From: Camelus dromedarius
Lineage: Eukaryota
Length of the DNA: 64,000 nucleotides
Assembly (NCBI RefSeq): GCF_036321535.1
Contig: NC_087438.1
Coordinates: forward strand, 3,412,001-3,476,000
Direction: 5' to 3'
Every line of letters starts with the position of its first letter. Position 1 is the first letter of the stretch. This document shows positions 49,426-62,498 of the stretch, piece after piece. The notes beneath the pieces were generated by a model that saw only the letters and a program-made list of their open reading frames with translations, was not told where the DNA came from and searched no databases. Made by a program: the position numbers and the translations under genes.

Positions 49426-50838
49426 GTAGGGGCCGCCTTCTCGTGGAGTTCGCATGCGGGGCTCCGCCCGCGGGGAGCGTGTGTGTGCTTTACATCTACT
49501 CTCTCTGTGGATTTATGTCTCGAACACAAGAAGTATTTTATCTGTGCCCACCCCTTTTACTATCCTCCAATCAGAAAAGCCGTTTTCAGACCTTCAGAGA
49601 ATAAAATTAGGAGGACGGACAATTTGACCCTGTCTGTAACCTGGTAACATATTTCGAGTTCACCGACGTCTTCATTCCCTGGAAATCTGTGAGAGGATGC
49701 TGAGACGTTTGGGTGCAGAAACCTGCGCGGCAGCATTATGTGTGATTTTAGGTGGCTGTATAGAAATACCCATCATTTTAGGAATATTAATGTTAAAATA
49801 TTGAATATACATTGTTTTATCTACAAGAACAAGAACCAGGACACCCTTCAGAATATCAGTGCAGGTGAAAGGTGGCCGTGTCTCTATTCGGCACCTGTGA
49901 TAATTCCTGAATAGAGGTCCGGGGTACCCAAGCCCCTTTTCTCCTAAGTGAAATCTACACAACAGAGGACAAAATCTTGGGCCACCAAAGTGTGTTTTTA
50001 AAAATACATGTGATGACAATATTTTAAAAATGTTTTACATTCCCCCTCGATAAACGGAGTGCCCCTGGATGTGTTTCGCTTTCCCCTGACTTGGCAGGGC
50101 TGCTATAGCTGGCATCGTTTTCGGCGGCTGGACCCTCGTGGTTTATGATCGATCTCCCAGGACCCTGAGGGAGAGGGTCCCACAGAGGCGGCCACCAGCG
50201 CACGTCTCCAGCTTGTGCAAGGATCGCCCCTGTTCTGCAGAGCTTTCTCAGTAGCTCTGCACCCCGGTGTCGGGTCACTCCCCGTCGCTTCCCTTTTTTG
50301 TTGGCCTAGCCTCGCTCATCACCCCGGATGCCACTGTGATCACTCACTGCCACCGTGACTGTCATCTCTAACGTCTGCTCCTCGCCTTGGTCACCTTCTT
50401 TCCTTATTGTTTTCCTGCTCTTTCTTGTCTCCTCTTGGTCTTCTCCCAAAACGTCCCTTTGCTCCTGGAATCTTTTGCTAGGAGAGCTTGGGTACTGCTC
50501 GCTTGTGTATCATCAATATGAGACAACAACAAACAAACAAACAAACCTCCTTATATTCCAGTGACATTTCCCATGTAAGCTCTTCACTGATACTTAATAA
50601 GGAGTGGAGCCTTCCTCCCTAAACTTCAGTACTGTACTTCCAGGCACCAGTGACAAGGATCCAACAGTTGATGGAATTGGCTGTTAGAGATTCACACACT
50701 TGTCTGTGTAGCAGCGTAAGAAGCAATGTTGCCACTTCACTGAGGAACACGGGATTGGCCTTCTGCCGTGGACTCCGGGCCGAGCGCTGTGGGGAGAGGG
50801 GACCTCATCCAGGAGCTGACGTGGACTCTCTTTTTCAG

Positions 50839-50922
50839 GTGTCTGCTTTGTTCAAAGATGGAACGATCGGAGGAAACATCAACATCGCGGTCGTAGGTCT
50901 GATTCTTCTAGAAGAAGAACAG
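50839..50922 (+). CDS. ADAMTS16: ADAMTS16 coding exon 6 (VSALFKDGTIGGNINIAVVGLILLEEEQ)
   Basis: Acceptor tttttcag|GTG; donor CAG|gtattc; 84 nt, phase 0/0. Confidence 0.95.
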
Positions 50923-53096
50923 GTATTCTCCCCTTGAAACCAGCGGTGCTTTTTTTTTTTTTTCCGGGAAAAATAAATGCAAAATAATGCTCTGTTTTAC
51001 TGAATATAATTGTTCTATGGATCCTTCACTTCTCTTTCCCTTGGGGACAAAAATGTTTTAATATTTTGTGTCTAACACAGTGAGTTTCTTGTTAGTTCCT
51101 TTGGTGATTATTTGATATTTTGGGGGATGTTCATGCAGGAGTAGTAAGAAATACTCACTTGATTGGCTTATTAGAAAATGGAATAAAGGAGTTTCTTTAA
51201 ATATCTGAGTGGGAAACACACTACAAATTGGAAGTGTAAAAACGTGCCTTCAGCCCCTGGGAGGATTTAGGTTGGAGGTGGCGTGGGCCCCTTGGTGTCT
51301 TGCTAGAAGACTGAAAATGTCCTGCCGCCCAGAAGTCAAATCACACTGTGACACTGCACTGCTGTGCTCTGTGACCTCCCACCTGCTGAGACCGAGCCCA
51401 GCGACCCTCACCACCTGCAGTCTCAGGGTTTTATTTCCATAGAGATTCTAAGATGTCCAGCGCATTTCTCTCATTGTGCACAAGACTCCAAACTATGCTG
51501 GATCTTGGTAGCAGTGGGGAAAAGACTCTATCTTTCCTCCATTCCGGAACCCCTATGCGGATGCACCGAGGGGCACCTCAGGTCACAGTGAGGACTCATG
51601 GGAACACTTTGCAGCATTAGTAAGGGGGCATCTTAGCCAGAAAGGGCTCTCCCTTCTGTTTTGCCCCAGACTGATGGCTGACCGGACATAGGGGAGTGAA
51701 CCCTGGATCCGAGGCAGGCGCCATGCCTCCCGTACCCTCTTGCTGACATCGTGGCAGGGTCTCCTGTTAGCCACCATTGTCTTATTTATTAAACAAATAC
51801 TTTTTTAGATGAAATCTAAGGTCATTCATCAGATCGAAGGTGTCTTCAGACTTTCACATGCTGGGGTGCTACCCTTCTCAGTGCAGGGTGGGGCCCTCGT
51901 GGGCAGGCCTGTTTCTAGCCCAAATAATCAGGGAGCTACAACTCCATTGTCTTTTCATGAGCGTGTGTCTGGGGAGGGAGTGCTGAACCAGCAGGGCTGC
52001 TCAGGTGACAGGTTAATTATTCTTTGTATTAAAACCTTTCACCTTGGCCTTCATCCAAGCTGCAGAGAATAAGCAAGGTTATCGTTTGATCGTACACCTG
52101 TGTTCACTTTAATGAATGTAGTTTTCCTGGAAATCACCAGCAGAAGAATGTGAGGCATGTCCCAGGGTCGATGCACAGCATTCAGCTTAGGTGCATTTGA
52201 CTCTCTGGAAAGACAAAATAAACATTTAAGGAGAAAACATATTCAGCGACTAAGAGACAAAATTTCAACACAGCCCTCTGATCATGAAAGCTTTAAACAG
52301 TTTGTTGCCCTGAAATCAAGGTATTTAACCTGGTTTTCTCTGACCATCCAGAGAGAAATATAGCACAGCTCTAAATCGGGTTTAAAGAACTCATCTGCCA
52401 GCTCTGGGAGACGTTCCTGCCACCCTCAGATTCTTCATCTCCTGGGAGTTCAGGCAGCCTTCACTCTGCTCTCTCACGGCTGATCTGTTAGAACTTGGTG
52501 CACGTGGATAAGGTCGAATGTTGTCTCTATAGTTTCCTTCTAGTTCCAGCCAATTTTCTAGAAATAAAGCTTCGTGGGTTGAGCTGCCTTTTCTCAGAAA
52601 CATGGTGCCTCTCAAGGAAAGTGACTTCATTTAATTCTGTGATACTATTAGAAGAACTACAAATTTGAAATCTCATCCAACTGGGTTATGAAATAAACGC
52701 CACACTATCCAGGTGTGTTTCTGTGTATGTGCAAAATCTCCTATAAATGACTCTGTTGCCCTATATGATTTTGCAAATTGTCTCGTAAAGATTTTGCACG
52801 CAAAAATGCCAGGCATAGAAGTCATCGTTCTTGGGTCCTTGAAATGTGTTCAGAGTCAGCAAGTACATCCCAACTGTATTTGGTATGGAATTAGAGAAAT
52901 GACTGTCTACACTGAATCCATACAGGTTTTATATATCACACCCTCCTTTGGATGTTACTGTTTAAATGGGTACATTAGTTTAGATGCCATTCAGATCCAC
53001 CTGTGTATTTGAAATCCAAGTGAGTGCCAGTCTGCTGTGCAAGTAATGACTGAATGACGACATGTTTTCTTCTGTTCCCTCGGTCTGTCCTGGTAG

Positions 53097-53256
53097 CCAG
53101 GGCTCGTGATAAGCCACCACGCAGACCACACCTTAAGCAGCTTCTGCCAGTGGCAGTCGGGGTTGGTGGGGAAGGACGGAGCCCGCCACGACCATGCCAT
53201 CCTGCTGACCGGCTTGGATATATGCTCCTGGAAGGATGAGCCCTGCGACACTCTGG
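53097..53256 (+). CDS. ADAMTS16: ADAMTS16 coding exon 7 (PGLVISHHADHTLSSFCQWQ...HDHAILLTGLDICSWKDEPCDTLG)
   Basis: Acceptor tggtag|CCA; donor CTGG|gtgagg; 160 nt; classic ADAMTS FCxWQ / HDxAILLT / CDTLG motifs. Confidence 0.95.
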
Positions 53257-54738
53257 GTGAGGCCCTCCACGTGCGCCGGGCTGGGGCCTGGGTGGTTTTG
53301 CAGTTACTCCCTCACCCCGAATCCGCAAGTGGTGGCCGCTGCCACGGGCAGTCATGAGAAATAGACTCGCTTCCCTCTATGAACTTTGGCCAAATGTGAA
53401 AGGATGTGTGTATTCACCAAAATCAGTTATTTCCCAAGAAACAGTTTCTCACAGATTCAGGAGCTCCTGTCACATCTAATTGAAGAAAGACTTCCTTCCA
53501 TTTCTTCTTCCAGTTGTGAGGATGTGTCAGTAGCTTCAAGGGTGTCTCATTACATGAAAGAAACAGCACATCGATGACAACTGCAGGCGCATGACCGCGA
53601 TGCTGTTGTCCTCGATTCCCACTGCTCGCAAATATCTCATCTTAGCAGTTTGTAACATGTTCCCAGTGCTGAGTTATTATACTATAATAACATTATAGTA
53701 TAAATATAATATAATAAATACAACATAATGAAAGTTTTTTATACTTTTCCAAATAGTGTCAAGCCTGGGGTGCCACTGGCCCAAGCTCTCCTGGACCTGT
53801 TTCTAACTCCCTATTTCTTCCCAAGAGCTCAGGGAAGAAAGGTCTTTCTTACAGAAACTTCCAGGTAGGACTCAGTTTCACAGGGGTGAGTCCTGGCTGC
53901 TTGCTCTCAGAAAGGCCTGCGCACAAGGGTGGCCCTGCCGGCCTCTGAGAACTTAGGACGCAAGGGTTCCCACCGCCCCGCCTGGCAGGCGCGGCTCGCT
54001 GGCCTGCTCTGTACACAGGCCGCGGCTTCCGTAGAACACTGCTGTCCTCCTGGGAGCCGGGCTTTGGGGCCGTGCCAGGCAAGGGGTGCTGTGTGGCCAG
54101 CTCCCAGCCCAAGCCCTGTGTCTGTAACGAGCATCCCTGTTGGGCAGCGCGTCCGCCTGTCGGGGCAGTTAGGTCCATGCTGTGCGTCTGCCCTGGGAGC
54201 GGCCCGGATGCCTGTGCCTGGTTCCCCCGGCTTCCCCCATGGGCTGTTTCCTCCGCAGGTTTTTCTCTGTGTCCTTTTATTCATAGTAAGTTACACCCAC
54301 CAGTATGACACACGTGAGTCCTGTGAACAAATCCTCCATCTGGGGCAGCCTTGGGGACCTCCTGACACACTCATTCTCTACAAAACTTTTTTGGGGGGTT
54401 TTGAGAACATAGATGTTTATAGAAAAAGACAGAAATTTTCCTCCATCTGCAGGGAATCCCCTTTTCAACATCACCCCAGTTGTGACCTGTGACTTGAAAG
54501 CCACATAGAGCCGTGGACTGGTTTTCAAGGAGAAAGGACAAGCCCCCTCCTCGTCCCACATTATTAAGGGCCGTTTATATGATTGTCCAAGGGTTTCCTG
54601 ATTCATATCTCACCTGACAAAGATGGGAGCCAGATTTCTCTAAAGGACAGAGGAAAAGGCACCCATACGATGTGCCCTCCTTCTTTATGTTACTGCAACC
54701 CTGCTCCTGTGTGTTCTCTGGGTCTCTGTGTCCTGCAG

Positions 54739-54844
54739 GCTTCGCGCCCATAAGTGGAATGTGTAGTAAATATCGCAGCTGCACGATTAATGAAGATACA
54801 GGTCTTGGACTGGCTTTCACCATCGCCCACGAGTCTGGACACAA
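54739..54844 (+). CDS. ADAMTS16: ADAMTS16 coding exon 8 ([34 protein letters not shown]; first half of zinc-binding motif)
   Basis: Acceptor cctgcag|GC; donor CACAA|gtaagt; 106 nt; HExxH at 54828-54842. Confidence 0.96.
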
Positions 54845-55438
54845 GTAAGTGCATCTCCCCGGGAGAGGGGAGCCCGGGGTCCTTTCCAGACCAGATGAGG
54901 GTCGTACAGATGCTGATGCAGTCGGTCAGGTCTGTAGGGGGCTCACCCGGATGCAGCGGGAGGTTGGGGGCAGCTAGAAGTGCCCACCTGGGTACTTGCT
55001 CCGTTCTGAGGGGCGTGCACGTGTCCGCACTGTGCCAGCCTCTCCTTCCTTCCTGCTGGCACAGGCTGCTCTGCCCGTCTCTGCTCCTTGGTCCTGTGTT
55101 TTAAACTTGGTCCTGTGGGGTGATCTTTCTCCTGCAGGGGGACCCCATATGACTGAGGATGGTGACGAGCCCTCCCCTGGTAACGTGTTTCTCCCCAGAT
55201 TGTTCTCAAAGCCTCTCCTACTTTGTGGAGGTGGGTTTTGATGGGTGTGCAGGGTTTGGGACATGCAGGAACAAGACTGAGGGCCTGGTAGGAGCTGGTT
55301 TGCTGCCAGCATCCCTGCGTGGTCCGTTTGAAATGGGGCAGCATTGGGGTGAGTGGGGAGCCCAGGGCCTGGGCACTGATGGATGCTGGTGCGGGACACG
55401 AAGCTCTCAGCAGCCGATGGCTTGTCATTAGCAGGGTC

Positions 55439-55645
55439 TTTTTTTTATTGAAGTGCAGTCAGTTTACAATGCTGCGTCAGCTCCTGGTGTGCAGCACAGT
55501 GCTTCAGTCATACACGAATGTACATATACTCGTTTTCAGATTCTTTTCCACTGCAGGTGACTACGAGATACTGAATATAGCCCCCCGTGCTGTGCAGTAG
55601 GACCTTGTTGTTTCTCTCCTCTGTACATAGGAGGCAGTACCTGCA
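55439..55645 (-). mobile_element. L1 3' end (camelid/cetartiodactyl-type)
   Basis: tttttattgaagtgcagtcagtttacaatg...tggtgtgcagca...ttcagtcatac...tgctgtgcagtaggaccttgttgttt. Confidence 0.8.
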
Positions 55646-56108
55646 CATGTTGGAGGGCTAGCAGTGCCTCTGTGAGCGAGATGCTTACCTTCCTCCCGAA
55701 GAGGAAGCGTTCCTGTCGGTTCCGTAGCGTCGCTGCTATTCTTACAGGAGGTTTCTTTGTCTGGTGATCCACACGCTGTCTCACCTCGAGGGACCTCCTA
55801 TTTCTAAAAGGTTTCTTTCTGACCCGTTTGGCCCCCCGGCTGACTCCTGCCATTGCCCTGAGGAGTGTGAGCCCAGCGGTGGAGATGCAGGTGTTTTCCT
55901 GTTGGATGGCAACATGCTCCAGGTTTCTCCTCAAAACTTCACAGCCAGGAATGGCAGTTTTTCCATTTTTGCTTTCACCCTCATTTTACTTGCAAATCAC
56001 AGAACTTGCAAAATCCAGGGTATGTGAGTTGGTTTTTGCAAAGCCCCCTTCTCCATCCCATAGAAATGGGACTGCAGTCACTCATGCCACCGGCCTGTTC
56101 AAAGCATC

Positions 56109-56342
56109 TGTGTGTGCAGTGTGTGTGCGTGTGCACGTGTATACAGTGTGTGTGTACAATGTGTGTATACAGTGTGTGTGCATGTGTGTGTGCAGTTGTG
56201 TGCATGTGTGTGTATACAGTGTGTGCGTGTGTGTGCAGTGTGTGTGTGCAGTGTGTGTGCGTGTATGTGTACAGTGTGTGCATGTGTGTGCAGTGTGTGA
56301 GTGCAGTGTGTGTGCATGTGTGCAGTGTGTGTGTGTGTGCAC
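56109..56342 (+). repeat. Compound (TG)n-rich microsatellite (tgtgtgtgcag / tgtatacag units)
   Basis: About 235 bp of mostly alternating purine-pyrimidine; explains the Cys/Val- and His/Thr-rich spurious ORFs. Confidence 0.9.
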
Positions 56343-57137
56343 AGCGCGCCCCGGCCTCACTGGAGCCTCAGAGGTCCTGCAGACTGCGTGTGTGAGCTGC
56401 TGACCTGAAAGTGGAGCTTTCTGTCTTGTGACCAGTCCCTTCATCACTGCGGGTAATGATTGACTTTTTCAGTGCCTAGAAAATTGCACCTACACTTTAT
56501 AAAGCTTTCAGTTCCATCATAATTGTATTCTTAATAGGCTGCTAGAGTTAAAACTTCAAAAACTCTCATTATTTTAACGACACGGGGCTCTTGCTGTCCT
56601 CTGAACCATACCTGAATTTAATTAAACAATCAAGGTAAGAAATATTTAAGTGACCGAGGGCTGAGCAAGCCAGCATCCGACAAGCAGTTGCGATGCAGGC
56701 AGTGGCGGCACCGGCAGGCGCAGGGGATGAATTTGACCAAATTAAATTTGATACATTCAAAACTAGGCTCTCAGTCTTCATGTCAGCAAGTATCAGTGTT
56801 TGCTTTTATTTTTTTCTTAATCATCAACTATTCATATTTCCTCTCATCCCTAGAGCTGGGTCTGGATGACAAAACAATTTCTTCTAAATAAGAGAAAAGT
56901 GTTTTTACTTTCAAGTGGGAACATAAATGGGAGGAAGGGAAGGAGCTTGAGATCTGGATGAAGGAGGGTCCTGCCCTCATAGAATTAACCAGAAAGTCTT
57001 AAACTGCTTCTTGTGATGCTGATGTTTAGAGAACGTTGTGCAAGAACTGGAGGGACTGGGAGCTCTAAACATTTGATGTCGCCAATGAAATAGCTTCTGA
57101 TCGTATTGAGGAAACAGGAAATGTATGTAAGAGATGT

Positions 57138-57346
57138 GCAAATTACTAATCATTCTATATAAAATAGATCAACAACAAGTTTCTACTGCAGAGCACAGGG
57201 AACTATATTCAATATCCCATTATAACCTACAGTGAAAAAGAACATGAAAATGAATTTCTGTATGTGCATGTGTGACTGAAACATTGTGCTTGCACCAGAA
57301 ACTGACACACGTTGTAAACTGACTATACTTCCGTAAAAACAAAAAA
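57138..57346 (+). mobile_element. L1 3' end (camelid/cetartiodactyl-type)
   Basis: tataaaatagatcaacaacaag...agcacagggaactatattcaatatc...ttgtaaactgactatacttc plus A-rich tail. Confidence 0.85.
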
Positions 57347-59334
57347 GGCACGTGCTAACTGCCAGAACAAGGGATCGTAATGGCAGTGATAATGTTGACA
57401 AAGTAAGGATAACACCTGCTCTTTGTGGGGCAAGTTCACATGGAGCTCAAAGCGTGGAAACCCCTGGGGACAACCTCTTCTCCTCCCCTCACTAGCCTGG
57501 CGGGTAGACGGAGCCGAGTGTTGAGCGAGTGCGTGGGGTGGGCGCCGGGAGGCCGGGGCGAGCAGGCCACCGGTGAAGGGGGCGTGATTCTGGCACGTGT
57601 TCTCTGCGGCTCCTGCGTAATGAGAGGGCGGACTCGGGAACTACACCCCGCACATCTCTAGTCGAAAACGAGCACATCTAGTCAGTTCGGTTATTTAGTA
57701 ACGACTGTTCCTCAGAGGAGGAATTGTCTGTTTGATGCTCAGATCAAACAGCACACCTTCATCTTGTCCTTGGCAACAAGCACCAAGCAGAGTCATTCTG
57801 TGCCTTACGAATGAAGAAGTAATTTTACGTAAGTCTTTATGAAACATCCTCTTGTACAGATGAATTTTACTTCTTTTTTTTTTACATTCAGAGGGCATTA
57901 TTCAGGGTGGAGGAGAGCTTCTCCGAGGCTTTCAGACATAGGCTTCCTAACTTTTAACTCAAAGATTCAGTTAATGTCCAGCCGGCTTCTTCTGCTAAGT
58001 TCCGTTGTTTTCATCTCAAGACATCTTGTGGTTTCTACTGGGGAATCTGACCTAAACAATAGAAATTGCTAAGGACCAGTGGTTGGATGTGTGTTGGAAA
58101 AGGGAGAAGAGAGACTGAACCAGAAGCGAGGATGTGTGTCTCCTTTAGTGTGCAGGGCAGAGCCTGGATTGGTGCAGGGTGAGCTTCCTGCTTGTGTTAC
58201 ATCACTTGTAACAGGACGTGTGGTTTCCTAGATGCAGGTGTTGAAGAACTGGTACCTACACAGTGAGGACTCAATGACATATTTTGGAGATCATGTCATT
58301 TGGGCGTGAGTCCGTTTCAAAAACTCATTTGCTAAGGGAAGTCACGCCATTTGATGGGTAGGGCCCCTGGCTCGGATTCCAGATACACTGAGGTTTTCCC
58401 GCAGTGTGACAGTGAACAGGGTGCATTGCCTCATCTTTCTGTGAGTTTCTATCTGCAAAACCAGGAGAGCCTGTGAGAGCCTCCACAGGTGTGTGCAGGT
58501 GTCACTTCAGTGTATTATTTGAGCTGAGCATTCCTTCTGCGTAAAATAGGCTTAAATACTTAATTGGCATGATCACAACAGACCATCAGGACGATATGAA
58601 ACCTACTGTGCTTAGAGATACCCATGATCCATCATTTTGTCTTCCGTCTGTTCCCCTAACTACTGACCTAATCACCAGGCACAATTTGCACTCTGCCAGC
58701 CTAGCATTGTGTAGGATTCTATAAGAAGATAGCGATCCATGCCATCCAAACGTCTAAAGAAAGATAAAATAGACACGGCACAGAAGGGATCAAGCAGTGA
58801 GGGCTGTGGGCGTTGGAGGAAACACAAGGATAATCAGGGAGGTCTTCCTGGAAAAAGCAGCAGTGGCATGCTAATACCATTTGGCACAAGGATACTTGGC
58901 TGGTGATGTCAGGTGCCCTTTCAAGCATTTGATGGTCATGAGTATGCCTCACCGATTTGTGCCTGTGTTCTGTCATCCGCCTGAGCCCCTCTAGCTGGGT
59001 CAGGGAGGTGCTGGGTGATTTTAAAGATTTGTAGAATATCCAGGCAAGCAGCTCCTTAAAGATCATCTGGTCTGTTGATCATCAGACTGCCCTCCTAGGG
59101 AGCCCCAGCAGGCTGGAGGGTTATTTCCTACCAATTTTATTTATTGTCATTTCTCTTAAGATTTTTGTTTGTTTCTGTGTCCAAAAAGTATTTGAAACAC
59201 ATTGACCTTTGACTGAATGACCCCCACACTCCCCACCACACACACAAAACATATGTATCCAAGTGATTTCTGCCATTTGATGTTGAGAGATTTAAATCAC
59301 AGAAAAAGATAGATATTTTGGATTTTCCTTTTTG

Positions 59335-59475
59335 ATGTGCATGGTGCCAGGTATTCCGAACAGTTTAAGAGGAAGGTTTTATTGTCCCATATTATAGGTG
59401 AGGAAACTGAGTTTCAGGGGCTTGAGAAATTTGCCCCGAATCACACCACTTGAAATGACAGAGGCAAGACCCCAG
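59335..59475 (-). mobile_element. MIR SINE
   Basis: tattgtcccatattataggtgaggaaactgag...aatttgccccgaatcacac. Confidence 0.7.
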
Positions 59476-59957
59476 CAGAGGTCCCCCCACCTCCACACCC
59501 ACGTTCTTCCAGGTCGTCTGCCCTGCCCTGGCCCCATGAGTCCCCCGTCAGCTTCCAGCCTCTCTGAGGGAGTGAGTTTGCTTCTTGGAAAGCCTGCCTC
59601 AGGGCTCTAGACAAGTAGGTCCTACACGTGGTACTATCCTCACGACCAGGTTGTGACTCAGCATCCAGATGACTTTGGTCCATGGTTACTTTGAAGGGTT
59701 TCTCATTTCTTTAACCACTGCTGTCTGATCAGCCTGAAAGGTTTGATGCAAGCTCTGAAAATCCTTGGCTGTTCATCACTGAAGGTGTTTCATTAGTAGT
59801 AAAGAAATGCTTGTTGATGTGATTGAATAAGATGAGAAAATTCTACAGAAGACATTAAAAGCACCTGACGTTGGATGTAATTCTCAAGTCCAGTATAATC
59901 TGAAATTATGTTTACACTTTGGGTATTTGAGTTGGTGTCATTGCTGAAAGGTTGTTT

Positions 59958-60130
59958 TTTATTCATTCAACAAACATCAGTGGAGTACCTGTTATGGGAG
60001 AGTGAATCCACTGGCACTGGGGCTCTGAGCCTCTGTTCTCTAGAAATGGATAAGCTAGTAGGTAAGAGAAAAAAATCTATTTATTGTTTTAACATTTGGG
60101 GTGACAACTGTTTTGAATAAAGTGTTGTGG
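59958..60130 (-). mobile_element. L2 3' end
   Basis: ttcattcaacaaacatcagtggagtacct is the reverse L2 tail. Confidence 0.5.
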
Positions 60131-60359
60131 TTCATGGAAGCAAAAAAAATGTCTGGAATGTATAACTTGAATGGTAATTCTATTTCTGGGTTGCCAAATA
60201 CCAACGTTATCTTAAAAATGTGTCCAAGTCATCCTTCCATGACTTTGTTAATGTTAATATCAAACGTGGTCACTGTGTGATCCGTTCATGCCAGTGTGCA
60301 GGCATCCACCACAGTATAGCATGTGGGCTTTGCACGGCTTAGAAACACAGCTTGAGACG

Positions 60360-60541
60360 CAGTAGTGCAGAGGTTTGGGTGGGCATCAGAATCACTATAT
60401 TGTGTTAGAATGCTCCCTAGTGCCGGAGCCTAACTCCCAACTTACTAAATAAAAAATCTACCCAGGTGGGCTTTGGGGAGCCACATGCATGCTGCCTTTT
60501 CTCAGATATCCTGATACTCAGCAAAGCCTGAGAATCAGTGG
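60360..60541. mobile_element. MER5-like hAT-Charlie remnant
   Basis: gcatcagaatcact...ctgatactcagcaaagcctgagaatcagtg. Confidence 0.45.
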
Positions 60542-61779
60542 TAGAAAGAATCACTGAAAATACCTTCCATGAAAATGTTTAAGACCAAGACGTCTCCAGA
60601 CCTGGGAAGCTGTGGCTTTGAATTCCCTAGAAATGTAGGCAGAAGTGGTAGCAGGTGTATCCAGGGCACTTGCTGGACCATAATGTGTCTTCCTTATATT
60701 CAGAGCGAGGACCAGCCGGGGGAGGGGGCTTTGGAATCTCGTTTTGATTGCTCTCTCCCAGAGGCAGCCTCCACGTGGTTACAGTCTGAATCGTCTCCCT
60801 TGACAGGGCATCTTTCCTCTGCCAGATGGGTGCCCTGGCCTACACGGATTGCTTTTCATAGGACTTCAGAGAAATGGGGGAAGGCCGAAATGGCTCCAGC
60901 TACGTCACCCTTGGTACTGAGCAGGGGTTTTGCAGAAATTTGACAGTGTTCATGGCCAGATTTCCTTGGTTTCCGGTTACACTGTTGCTTGGGTCCGCCT
61001 GGGCTCTGATGTCAGAGGATGGGGTTCCAGTCCCGACTCTGAGACCCTGAATGAGCCTGTCTCCAGCTCTCAGTCTTGCTGTCATTGTGTTAAGTCTACC
61101 TTGTAGGCTTGCAGTGAGGTTTAAGTTAGAGAACAGAGGTAATGTGCTTAGTACCCTATCTGAAAAATAGTGCTCACAAGTGGGGATTGATACTTCTACT
61201 GACAGTATTAAACAGCTCAAAAAAAAAAAAAAAAAAAAAACCAAAACAGTTAAGTTCCCACCCTCCTTGCCGCAAGTGTGGATTCCCTGGCCCCCTTGTG
61301 GAGCCCACTTACCCCGTGTTGGTGTCTTCTATCCCCGTGGCCTTCCCTCCGCTCATCACGGCGTTCTCGGAGGCAGAAAGTCCCCGGACCCAGTGAGCAC
61401 CTGTCCTCTGCTCTCCCCCTCTCCTGCCTCTCGCCTTCCCTCTGTATCCCACCCAGTGGGGATCCATACAATGGCTGGGTGGCTACCAGACATTCATGGC
61501 CAACAATGGCTTGACTCTCCAAGAACATATCTGCCCTAATGGGAAGTCTTCAGGGTCTTGGAGCTCCCAGGTAGGTCCCCCAGGCTTTCCTCCCAAGGCA
61601 GCAAGTTGTGCTCCTCTGAAGTGGGTGGCCGTGGCAGTGGGAGGGCTCCTACAGGGCTGGCTTCAGGAAGGCGAGGAGAAGCCGACTCGGCGGGGAGAGG
61701 TGGCAGCTCGGCCAGCGGGCCTCCCACAGCTGCAGGGCTGCACTTCTCAGGTGGGCAGCACGGGGGCGCTGTTGAGGGT

Positions 61780-62290
61780 CCCCACGGCCACGGTGGGTGG
61801 CCCCAGGTGCTGAGCCGGGGCTGGAGCGCCAGAGTGGTCGCTCTTCCATCAAGAGTTGCGCCTTCAAGCAGCGGCCTCAGAAGAGAGCAGCCGCAGCTGC
61901 TCCGCGGGCGCCCGCGCACCCGCGTCCCTCGGAGGGCGCGGCGCTCAGGCGAGGCCCGGCGGCGGCAGCGGCAGCGGCGGGGCAGCCCGGCGGCGGCGCG
62001 CGCAGGCCCGGCGGGGTCGGCCAGGCCCGGGCGGGAGCGCGGCGTCGGCGCCCCGGGAGCCGCAGCCGCTGCCGGGCGGGCCTCACGCTGTGGGAGCGTC
62101 AGACTGACCTGCGGAGCCTGCGGCTGGGGTTCTGACCGCCGCCTGCAAGTCGTGGCCACACTGCTGAGCGGAAGAGTGCGGCGCGAAGACGGATGGACTG
62201 CCCCCTGCAACCCGCAGCGTGCGTTCTTACGCTGAGAACACCTGCCCTTCACGGCCACCTGGGCGTGGGCCCCGCTGCGGCGTTGGTGTG
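61780..62290. promoter_or_regulatory. Intragenic (orphan) CpG island in intron 8, just upstream of exon 9
   Basis: Roughly 40 CpGs by hand count in 61861-62100, with GGC/CGG runs; no recognisable protein motif. Confidence 0.7.
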
Positions 62291-62498
62291 TGTTTCCAAA
62301 CAGCTCACCCAAGGGTGGCTCCTCAGGAAAGGTCTAGGACGTGGCTCTCTGCACCGCTTGGCTGTTAGCACTCTTTCTTCTGCTCCACCCGGAGGCAGAA
62401 GAAGGGGCGTCTTCACGGTGTTGACCTGAGTTTGTTAGAGCCTGCTAGACAGCTGAAACTCTTCCTCGTTTTGAAAGAACCATTTCTCTCTCTCCTAG

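Noticed and set aside
55828..56447. Cys-rich and His/Thr-rich ORFs
   Set aside because: Translations of the TG/CA microsatellite.
61536..62312. 225-aa and 258-aa ORFs in intron 8 as a nested gene or retrocopy
   Set aside because: Low-complexity GC-driven ORFs with non-ATG starts, no recognisable domain, and no poly(A)/TSD signature.
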